Program-made: the position numbers and the translations under genes
Part shown: one piece after another, positions 7,624 through 15,631 of the stretch
Position numbering within the stretch: the first letter of the stretch is position 1
Layout: each line of letters opens with the position of its first letter
The notes under the pieces: model-generated
What the model saw: only the letters and a program-made list of their open reading frames with translations
What the model was told of the DNA's origin: nothing
The model's database searches: none
Assembly: GCA_902553945.1 (NCBI GenBank)
Contig: CACDMT010000003.1
Location: 9,332 to 73,331 of the forward strand
Reading direction: 5' to 3'
Origin: an uncultured Alphaproteobacteria bacterium
Lineage (GTDB): Bacteria > Pseudomonadota > Alphaproteobacteria > HIMB59 > GCA-002718135
DNA length: 64,000 nt

Positions 7624-10545
7624 TTAATAATTTTTTTTATTTCCAATATATTCAAAATGTTTAGTTGATTGATTTTTGGAGTAAATTTTTTTTATTTGTT
7701 TTCCATAAGTATTTATCTCAATATTTTTTCTAGATTTATTTCTAAAAGTTTTAAAAGATGGATAAACCCTACCATCTATTTCATTTTCTTTACATTTATA
7801 TATATCTACTTTTAAATCATACCATGCTGCTTGACCTGTTATTGGATCCGAATTAGAATAATTATAACCATCTTCTCTTTTAGGCAAGAGATCAGGAATA
7901 ATATGATTTAATAGAAAGCCTTTTTCAGTTTCTGGAGAGTTAGGATCAAGGTTCCATGCTCCCTTTCTTTTTCCAATAGCATTCCATGTCCAAACAGTCA
8001 ATTTGTTGACTCCTTTCATTATTCTACATTGTACTTTTATTTTATTATAATAACTTTCTATCCATATCCAATCATTGTCTTTTAATTTATTTTTTTCTGC
8101 TATGTACTCACTAATATACAAATAATTTCTACTAGTAATTTGTCTTAACCATGCATTATGTGAACCCCAAGAATGATACATATGAGGTGGACGTTGAGTT
8201 ATAGCGTTTAGATTATATTTTTCTGGCTGAAAGTTTTTATCCTCTATCGGCGGATACCATTTAGGAATAGGTCTAAAATATTTTTTTATTCTAGTAGACA
8301 TATAATCCGGGGGTTTCTTTGAACCGTGACCCTCTGCAGCCAACCTAAATTTTTGCATTTCTTCACTATAAATTTGAAGAACAATTTGCTCTTTTTTTGC
8401 TATCCATCCCAATTCATATGCAAGGTCGATATATGATTTATTAGAAAATTTGTAATAACTTTGATCACTTGAAAATTCATGATTATGAAAACATCCATTT
8501 TTAATATATTCGTCTATTTGATTTGGATTAACTTTACCTTTTCCAAATGAATTTCCATTTCCTCTCCATCCTGCCAGCGGACCTATTCCAGGTTGTCTTT
8601 CATGATTAATTATATAGTCAATATATCCATTAGGAAATTTTGGAGTAAAATCATTATTAATAAATCCCGGTAAACCTAATCTTGCACCTAAATCAATCAA
8701 AACATCTTGAAATGGCCTGACATCTCTTTTTATCTCTAAAATTGGCTGTCTTATTGCATCTGCAGCTCCATTAGCTGAACTAATAGGTCTATCTAATAAA
8801 GAAATACAATCCCATCTTTCCAAGTAAGTAGAGTCTGGTAAAACAAGGTCTGCATATGGAACAGTTTCTGAATAATATGCATCTGAATAAATTATTTTTG
8901 GAATTTTATAATTTCCTGTATTCTTATCTTTATCAATAAGTTTTGCAATTGTTTCTTTTGTGTTCATTGCAGAGTTCCATGCCATATTTGCCATATACAT
9001 AAAGAGAACATCTATTTCATAAGGATCACCTTTCCACGCATTATTTATTACCATATGCATAAGACCATGAGCTGAAAGTGGATTTTCCCAACTAAATGCT
9101 TTATCAATTCTTATAGGTTTTTCATTTTCATCAGTAAGTAAATCTTCAGGAGAAGAAGGAAACCCTAAGGGCATGCCTTCATAGGAAGTATTTGGAATTG
9201 ATTTATGACCTGATGGTTTTGGACCTGGCACAACATGTTTTGGGTAAGGCGCCTTGTAACGAAAACCACCTGGCACATCTATTGATCCAATCAGCATTTG
9301 TAGTAAATGAATAAGTCTACAGGTATCAAACCCATTTGAATGTGCAGAAATTCCACGCATTGCATGCATTGAAACAGGTCTACCAATCATAGTATCATGC
9401 TTTTTTCCATTCAGGTCAGTCCACTCAATTGGAAGTTCAATTTCTTTTTCAAAAGCAGTTTCAGCTATTTCACTCGCTATTCTTTTTATAACATTTTCTT
9501 TTATATCTGTTTTACTCGAAACAATAGAAGGCTTGAAATTATCTTTTAAAAGTTCTTTTGCAATTAATTCAAATGCTGGCACTACATTTATACCATTAAA
9601 TTTATAACTTCCAAAAAAACTTGGTTTTTTATTTGTTTCAGAACTTTTTAATATTTTTTTTTTATTTTTACAAAAAATTAAAGTTTGGTTGTTTTCATCT
9701 CTAACAAATAAACCATGATTATTATTTCCAGGATTATTATAAACCAACCAATTAGAATTTGTATATCTCTCCAAATATTTCCAATCAATTTTATTTGCTT
9801 TTAATAATTCATAAATAATTGAATGTACAAGTAAGCCATCTGTTCCCGGTCTAACACCAAGCCATTCATCAGCTATTGCTGAGTAACCAGTTTTAACCGG
9901 ATTGATCGATACAAATTTCGTATCTTTTCGAGTTTTTAAATTACCTAAACCCATTTTAATTGGATTAGAATCATGATCTTCGGCACATCCAAATAAAAGT
10001 AAGTATTTAGTGTGATCCCAATCTACTTCTCCAAATTCCCAAAATGATCCTCCGATAGTATACATACCAGCAGCAGCCATATTAACAGAACAAAAACCAC
10101 CATGTGCCGCAAAATTACAAGTCCCAAATTTACTAGCCCACCATCCTGTAAGAGATTGACTTTGATCTCTTCCGGTAAAAAAAGCTAACTTTTTTGGATC
10201 TTTATTCCTTACCTCTGACAACCAAGTTGTCGCTATTTTTAGTGCTTCATCCCATTCGATTTCTTTAAAATTTCCATCACCTCTCTCACCAACTCTTAAT
10301 AAAGGCTTTGTTAGTTTTGCTGGAGAATTTTGTTGCATAATTCCAGCAGAACCTTTGGCACATAAAACTCCTTTATTAATTGGATGATCTTTATTTCCAT
10401 CTATATATCTAATTTTTCCATCTTTTAAATGAACATTAATTCCACATCTGCAAGCACACATGTAACAAGTAGTTTTTTTTATTTCATCACTTACTATAGG
10501 AGAAGTGTTGACTTCTTCCTTTTTTGTTTCAAAAGGATTGATCAT
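7624..10545 (-). CDS. soeA: molybdopterin (bis-PGD) oxidoreductase catalytic subunit without Tat signal, SoeA-like sulfite dehydrogenase candidate
   Basis: 973 aa. N-terminal CxxCxxxC...C [4Fe-4S] motif (CYMCACRCG...LCAKG). No twin-arginine leader (MINPFETKKEEVN...). The size and subunit trio match the cytoplasm-facing SoeABC described in Allochromatium vinosum and Ruegeria pomeroyi. Confidence 0.6.
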   Translation of the reverse strand: MINPFETKKEEVNTSPIVSDEIKKTTCYMCACRCGINVHLKDGKIRYIDGNKDHPINKGVLCAKGSAGIMQQNSPAKLTKPLLRVGERGDGNFKEIEWDEALKIATTWLSEVRNKDPKKLAFFTGRDQSQSLTGWWASKFGTCNFAAHGGFCSVNMAAAGMYTIGGSFWEFGEVDWDHTKYLLLFGCAEDHDSNPIKMGLGNLKTRKDTKFVSINPVKTGYSAIADEWLGVRPGTDGLLVHSIIYELLKANKIDWKYLERYTNSNWLVYNNPGNNNHGLFVRDENNQTLIFCKNKKKILKSSETNKKPSFFGSYKFNGINVVPAFELIAKELLKDNFKPSIVSSKTDIKENVIKRIASEIAETAFEKEIELPIEWTDLNGKKHDTMIGRPVSMHAMRGISAHSNGFDTCRLIHLLQMLIGSIDVPGGFRYKAPYPKHVVPGPKPSGHKSIPNTSYEGMPLGFPSSPEDLLTDENEKPIRIDKAFSWENPLSAHGLMHMVINNAWKGDPYEIDVLFMYMANMAWNSAMNTKETIAKLIDKDKNTGNYKIPKIIYSDAYYSETVPYADLVLPDSTYLERWDCISLLDRPISSANGAADAIRQPILEIKRDVRPFQDVLIDLGARLGLPGFINNDFTPKFPNGYIDYIINHERQPGIGPLAGWRGNGNSFGKGKVNPNQIDEYIKNGCFHNHEFSSDQSYYKFSNKSYIDLAYELGWIAKKEQIVLQIYSEEMQKFRLAAEGHGSKKPPDYMSTRIKKYFRPIPKWYPPIEDKNFQPEKYNLNAITQRPPHMYHSWGSHNAWLRQITSRNYLYISEYIAEKNKLKDNDWIWIESYYNKIKVQCRIMKGVNKLTVWTWNAIGKRKGAWNLDPNSPETEKGFLLNHIIPDLLPKREDGYNYSNSDPITGQAAWYDLKVDIYKCKENEIDGRVYPSFKTFRNKSRKNIEINTYGKQIKKIYSKNQSTKHFEYIGNKKNY

Positions 10546-11456
10546 AGAACCTGAGTAGAAAATAAATCATTAGGCTGTAAAACAAGATCAGTAAATATTT
10601 TAGCACAAACTGCTAATACTAATATCGCTAACAAGCCTCTAAGATATTCTGCTTTTAATTTAGCCCCAATTCTAACACCTATTTGAGCGCCAATAACTCC
10701 ACCAAGTATCATAAGTGCAGCAAGAACTATATCGACAGTTTGATTAAGATAAGCTTGAAAAAAAGTTGAATTTGCAGTTACAAAAATAATTTGAAATAAT
10801 GAAGTACCTACAACAACACTAGTAGGCATACCTAGTATATAAACCATTGCGGGTATAATAATAAAACCACCTCCCACGCCCATCATTGCTGAAAGTATGC
10901 CAACAATAAAACCAATTATAATTGGAGGTATTGCACTAATGTAAAGTTTTGATCTTCTAAACCTAACTTTAAATGGTAGACCATGTATCCAAGAATGTTG
11001 ATGTAATTTTGTTCTTATTGATGAAGTCGTCTTATAACTTTTTATTGTTGTTCTTGCACTTTCAAAAGCCATACTAAAACCAATTATTCCTAAAAACAAA
11101 ACAAATAAAATTTGAATAACTAAGTCTATTTGACCATAAGATCTAAGAATTTTAAATATATTTACTCCTATTGTGGAGCCAACTAAACCTCCGGCGAGTA
11201 AAAAAAATCCCATTTTAAAATCAACAGATTTTTTTCTCCAGTGGGCTATTACTCCTGAAACAGATGAGGCTAAAACATGTGGAGCCTCAGTTCCAACAGC
11301 AACAACCGGAGGTATTCCAAGGAATATTAATAAAGGAGTCATTAAAAATCCACCACCAACTCCAAATAATCCTGATAAAGCACCAACTGCCATACCGATA
11401 AATACAATAAGAAAAATATTAATATTCATTTCAGCTATAGGAAGATAAATGCTCAT
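10542..11456 (-). CDS. tauE: TauE/SafE-family sulfite/anion exporter
   Basis: 304 aa polytopic membrane protein. It carries the duplicated GxGGGxxxxPxL motif (GVGGGFLMTPLL, GVGGGFIIIPAM). 4-nt overlap with the start of the catalytic subunit gene. Confidence 0.75.
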   Translation of the reverse strand: MSIYLPIAEMNINIFLIVFIGMAVGALSGLFGVGGGFLMTPLLIFLGIPPVVAVGTEAPHVLASSVSGVIAHWRKKSVDFKMGFFLLAGGLVGSTIGVNIFKILRSYGQIDLVIQILFVLFLGIIGFSMAFESARTTIKSYKTTSSIRTKLHQHSWIHGLPFKVRFRRSKLYISAIPPIIIGFIVGILSAMMGVGGGFIIIPAMVYILGMPTSVVVGTSLFQIIFVTANSTFFQAYLNQTVDIVLAALMILGGVIGAQIGVRIGAKLKAEYLRGLLAILVLAVCAKIFTDLVLQPNDLFSTQVL

Positions 11457-11505
11457 ATTTTTTTTATAATCTTTTTATAATTATTATCTATAAATAATTG
11501 AAATT

Positions 11506-12126
11506 TTAACCATTTAAGTGATCAAAACTCTCCGCTTTTTCCAAATCATTTGTTGTATTGATATTAAAAAAAGGATCTAAAATTTTGTAGTCAAAATCAA
11601 CATAATCAAAATTATGTTTTTCAACCCAATTCATTATTTTTCTATTTTTTTGACTTAATTCTTTTTCTAAACTATTTAATAAATTTACGTTCCACATTGA
11701 TATTACTGGATGAACCTTGTTATTTGATCTAGCAACTAGGATTTCAATATTTTGTTCAAGTTTATTACAAAATTTATCTAATAAATTCTCAGGCAAAAAG
11801 GGAGTGTCACTTGGTACTGTAAAAATCCATTCTTTATCTTTATATTTTTTTAAGCACCAGCTAATCGAACTATGTATACCTGCAAGAGGCCCTAAAAAAC
11901 CTTCTTTTTTATCTTTTATTATTGGCAATTTACTTTTTTGAAATTCCTCATGATTTTGATTGGCATTAATTAAAATTTCAATTTCATTTTTTTTTAATTT
12001 TTCTAATATTCTAATAAAAATACTTTTACCATTAATTTTTGAGAGAGTTTTAAAACCTCCCCCAAATCTTTTTGATTCTCCTCCAGCTAAAATAACAAAT
12101 ATTATTTTTTTTTTATTTATATTCAA
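11506..12126 (-). CDS. mobA: molybdenum cofactor guanylyltransferase
   Basis: 206 aa. N-terminal ILAGGESKRFGG nucleotide-binding motif and LGPLAGI segment typical of MobA. Confidence 0.8.
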   Translation of the reverse strand: MNINKKKIIFVILAGGESKRFGGGFKTLSKINGKSIFIRILEKLKKNEIEILINANQNHEEFQKSKLPIIKDKKEGFLGPLAGIHSSISWCLKKYKDKEWIFTVPSDTPFLPENLLDKFCNKLEQNIEILVARSNNKVHPVISMWNVNLLNSLEKELSQKNRKIMNWVEKHNFDYVDFDYKILDPFFNINTTNDLEKAESFDHLNG

Positions 12127-12931
12127 TTCTTTTTTCTCCAGCTAACACTATATATTTTTTTCCTTTAGCTCTTCCAATTAAGGTTAAATTAGATTTTTTA
12201 GCAAGTTCTACCCCCCAAGCTGTAAAACCTGATCTTGATATCAGAATTGGAATTCCCATCTTTATTGTTTTAATTACCATTTCACTTGTAAGTCTACCTG
12301 TTGTATAGAAAATTTTATTTGAAGTTCTTATTTTTTTTAAAAACATGTAACCAGCTATTTTATCTACCGCATTATGTCTTCCAACGTCTTCCATATATAT
12401 TAATGGTTTATTGTTATGTGTAATTGCACATCCGTGGATAGCACCTGCTTCTAAATATAAGCTTGGAGTTAAAGTTATTTTTTTTGAAATTTCATAAATC
12501 CATTTATGTTTGATTTTTATCTTATTTTTTAATTTAGTATTTTTAATTTCTTCATATATATCTCCAAAAACTGTTCCAATTGCACATCCACTAGTAGTAA
12601 TTTTCTTTTTCAATTTATTTTCATAGTTTGTTTTTCTTTTTGTGCGAACTACAACAATTTGTAATTCTTTATCAATTTCTATTTTCGAAATTTTATCATT
12701 ATTTTTTAACATATTTTGATTTAATAAATATCCAATTGCTAGAAATTTTGGATGATCTCCAATGGTCATTAATGTCACAATTTCTTGATTATTGAGAAAT
12801 ATTGTTAATGATTTTTCATTTATTACTTTTGTTCTTACTAATTTTGAATTTTCATCTAAGCCATTAAGCTTAGTAATGAGCGATTTATCATTTATATTAG
12901 GAGAAATTAAATATTTTTCTTTTTTTTTCAT
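12113..12931 (-). CDS. fdhD: formate dehydrogenase accessory sulfurtransferase FdhD
   Basis: 272 aa. GRHNAVDK motif (E. coli GRHVALDK). The Cys loop is TSGCAIG and the C-terminal part is SGF/A...A....NLTLIG. Confidence 0.85.
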   Translation of the reverse strand: MKKKEKYLISPNINDKSLITKLNGLDENSKLVRTKVINEKSLTIFLNNQEIVTLMTIGDHPKFLAIGYLLNQNMLKNNDKISKIEIDKELQIVVVRTKRKTNYENKLKKKITTSGCAIGTVFGDIYEEIKNTKLKNKIKIKHKWIYEISKKITLTPSLYLEAGAIHGCAITHNNKPLIYMEDVGRHNAVDKIAGYMFLKKIRTSNKIFYTTGRLTSEMVIKTIKMGIPILISRSGFTAWGVELAKKSNLTLIGRAKGKKYIVLAGEKRIEYK

Positions 12932-12957
12932 TGTTTGTAAATAAACTAATTAGTTAA

Positions 12958-13650
12958 ATGAACATATTAGAAATTTTTATAAATTCTATACTATTAATTA
13001 TATCCTTTGATAGGGAATTATGGGATATTATAATTTTATCACTTTTCGTAAGTTTTACAGCACTTATAATTGCATCAATAATAGGTTTTCTATTGGGTTA
13101 TTTTTTAGCTTTATATAACTTTTATTTTAAAAAAATTATACTAGTTCTTTTAAATTCACTAATGGGCATCCCTCCAGTTGTGGTTGGTTTGATAGTTTAT
13201 TTTATTTTTGCTTCTGGAGGTCCTTTAGGTGTTTTGCAATTGCTATATACTCCAACTGCCATGATTATTGCACAAACTATAATTATTTTTCCAATTGTCA
13301 CATCTTTATCTCATGAAATATTTTTAAAAAACTGGTTAGAGTTTAGAGATCAAATACGATCACTTAACATTCCATTTTTAGGCTCTGTTAAACTACTTAT
13401 TAATCATAGTTATTTTCTTCTTATCACTACATTACTATCTGCATTTGGGCGTGCAATATCAGAAGTTGGAGCAGTTATGATAGTAGGAGGTAATATAGAT
13501 CATTATACTAGAGTAATGACCACTGCTATTTCGCTTGAAACGAGAATGGGAAATTTAGAATATGCAATGGCTTTGGGATTAGTATTAATTTCACTTACAA
13601 TAATTATATATTCTATAGTATATTTATTAAATAATAAAAAAATAAAATGA
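12958..13650 (+). CDS. ABC transporter permease, TupB-like (tungstate/oxyanion type), no partner ATPase or binding protein nearby
   Basis: 230 aa with 5-6 TM helices. FGRAISEVGAVMIVGGNIDHYTRVMTTAISLET matches my memory of the TupB permease signature. Assignment to tungstate is an inference. Confidence 0.6.
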   Translation: MNILEIFINSILLIISFDRELWDIIILSLFVSFTALIIASIIGFLLGYFLALYNFYFKKIILVLLNSLMGIPPVVVGLIVYFIFASGGPLGVLQLLYTPTAMIIAQTIIIFPIVTSLSHEIFLKNWLEFRDQIRSLNIPFLGSVKLLINHSYFLLITTLLSAFGRAISEVGAVMIVGGNIDHYTRVMTTAISLETRMGNLEYAMALGLVLISLTIIIYSIVYLLNNKKIK

Positions 13651-14129
13651 AAATAATTGGCATTGTTGGATGGAAGAATACTGGAAAAACATTTTTTGCA
13701 AGTGAAATTATAAAAAAACTTAGATCTCAAAATTATCGTGTTGCGTCAATTAAACATGCTCATCATGAATTTGATATCGACCATCCAAATACTGATAGTT
13801 ATATTCATAGAATATCAGGCTCATCCCAGGTAATAATAAGCTCTGCAAAAAGATGGGCTAAAATTAACGAAATAGAGAGTCAAAATGAAAAAAAATTAGA
13901 TGAATTAATTTCTGAATTATCAGAAACAGATATAGTTCTAGTTGAGGGGTATAAAAATGAAAATCATCCTAAAATTGAAGTAATAAATGAAAAAGAAAAA
14001 AATCATTTATATAAAAATATTAAAAATGTAATAGGAATAATATCTGATCATGATTTAGATACAGATTTAAAACAATTTAAAAAAAATGAAATTGATAAAA
14101 TTGTCAATTTTATATTGAATGAAATATAG
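13647..14129 (+). CDS. mobB: molybdopterin-guanine dinucleotide biosynthesis adaptor protein MobB
   Basis: 160 aa. P-loop GWKNTGKT, then IKHAHH.FDIDHPN.DSY and VLVEGYK, parallel to E. coli MobB. ATGA overlap with the permease gene. Confidence 0.88.
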   Translation: MKIIGIVGWKNTGKTFFASEIIKKLRSQNYRVASIKHAHHEFDIDHPNTDSYIHRISGSSQVIISSAKRWAKINEIESQNEKKLDELISELSETDIVLVEGYKNENHPKIEVINEKEKNHLYKNIKNVIGIISDHDLDTDLKQFKKNEIDKIVNFILNEI

Positions 14130-15343
14130 TGAATAAATTTCCTTTAACAAAAAAAGAAATAATTGCTTATTTTAATAAGCAAAAAAAACTTATTTCCTCT
14201 TCAGAAATTATAGACTTAAGTAATTCAAATGGAAGAATATTAGCTGAAGATTTAATAAGTCAAATTAATCTTCCTCCATTTAACAATTCTGCAGTTGATG
14301 GATATGCATTAATAAAGAAAGACTTAAATCTAAAGAAAATTTTTACTTGTACAAGAAGAGTTGCTGCAGGTGATAATAAAAAAATTATTATTAAGCCTGG
14401 TGAGGCTGTAAGAGTTTTTACTGGCGCTAGAATGCCTTCAAATTCTTCTACAGTTGTAATGCAAGAAAATGTAATAATAGAAGGAAAAAATATTAGACTT
14501 TTAAAAACACCTCTTTTCGGGGAAAACTATAGATTAAAAGGGGAGGACATTAAAAAAAATAAAAAAATTTTACTCAAAGGGACAAAAATTAATCAACAGA
14601 ATCTTAATTTAATTGCGGCTGCAGGAATTAGAAAAATAAAAGTTTACAAAAAAATAAAGATAGGTTTTTTTACAAGTGGAAATGAATTAAGAAGACCAAC
14701 CAAAAGATTAAAAAATTCAGAAATAAATAATTCTAACTATTATGCTCTAAATGGATTACTAGATAAAAATTATATAACAAAAAAATATTTAGGAAATTTA
14801 AGAGATAATTTAAAATTTGTTAAAAATAATCTCATCAGTGCATCTAAAAAGTTTAATATTATTATTACAGCTGGAGGAGCTTCAGTTGGTGATGAAGATC
14901 ATTTAATAAATGCATTATCTAGTTTGGGTAAGATATACTTTTGGAGAGCTGCTATAAAACCAGGTAGACCATTAGCTTTTGGAAAAATAAAAAAATGTTA
15001 CGTTATATGTTTGCCTGGAAACCCTGTTTCTGTGCAGCTTTTGTATGCTATGTTAATTACACCTTTAATATTAAAACTTTGCGGAGGTTTTTTAAAATTA
15101 CCTAATTCAAGCAAAATATATACAAACTTTAATATGAAGAAAAAGACAAAAAGAATGGAATGGTTAAGAGTTACTAAAACTATGAAAAATAAAAAAGATA
15201 TTGCAAATAAATATCCTAAACAAGGGTCAGGAATGATTAGTTCAATTTCATACTCAAGTGGTATAATTGAGATTGGTGAAGAAGTTTCTTCAATCAAAAA
15301 AGGAGATGTTTTTGAATTTTATGACTTTGAGAATTTATTTTAG
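14129..15343 (+). CDS. moeA: molybdopterin molybdotransferase MoeA
   Basis: GTG start, 404 aa. SAVDGYA, TGA.MP, GGASVGD.D and PGNPVS motifs of MoeA/gephyrin E domain. Confidence 0.9.
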   Translation: MNKFPLTKKEIIAYFNKQKKLISSSEIIDLSNSNGRILAEDLISQINLPPFNNSAVDGYALIKKDLNLKKIFTCTRRVAAGDNKKIIIKPGEAVRVFTGARMPSNSSTVVMQENVIIEGKNIRLLKTPLFGENYRLKGEDIKKNKKILLKGTKINQQNLNLIAAAGIRKIKVYKKIKIGFFTSGNELRRPTKRLKNSEINNSNYYALNGLLDKNYITKKYLGNLRDNLKFVKNNLISASKKFNIIITAGGASVGDEDHLINALSSLGKIYFWRAAIKPGRPLAFGKIKKCYVICLPGNPVSVQLLYAMLITPLILKLCGGFLKLPNSSKIYTNFNMKKKTKRMEWLRVTKTMKNKKDIANKYPKQGSGMISSISYSSGIIEIGEEVSSIKKGDVFEFYDFENLF

Positions 15344-15591
15344 TTCTGTATTTTAAACTTATATTTAATTAAAATTTTATCTTCATTCTTCTCACAGCTT
15401 AAATACTCGAATCCTGATTGATTGCAATAATGCTGAAAATCTACTTCCGCCAAAGGGTCTGTAGCGATAACTTTAATTGTGATGTCTTTCGTCAACTCAG
15501 ATGCAAGTTTTCTTGCTTTAAGCACAGGAATAGGACATTCTGTACCACTTGTATCAAGCACTATTTCATCTTTTTCAACTGAATCTTTCAT
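15340..15591 (-). CDS. TusA/SirA-family sulfur carrier protein
   Basis: 83 aa. LDTSGTECPIPVLKARK contains the CPxP active-site motif of TusA. Confidence 0.8.
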   Translation of the reverse strand: MKDSVEKDEIVLDTSGTECPIPVLKARKLASELTKDITIKVIATDPLAEVDFQHYCNQSGFEYLSCEKNEDKILIKYKFKIQN

Positions 15592-15631
15592 GACTTTCTG
15601 ATACTAAATATATATTATTATAGTAATTGGA

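Noticed and set aside
10456-10545. Tat (twin-arginine) signal on the 973-aa Mo-oxidoreductase.
   Set aside because: The N-terminus MINPFETKKEEVNTSPIVSDEIKKTT has no RR motif or hydrophobic h-region before the Fe-S Cys motif. No upstream in-frame start is available because tauE ends there.
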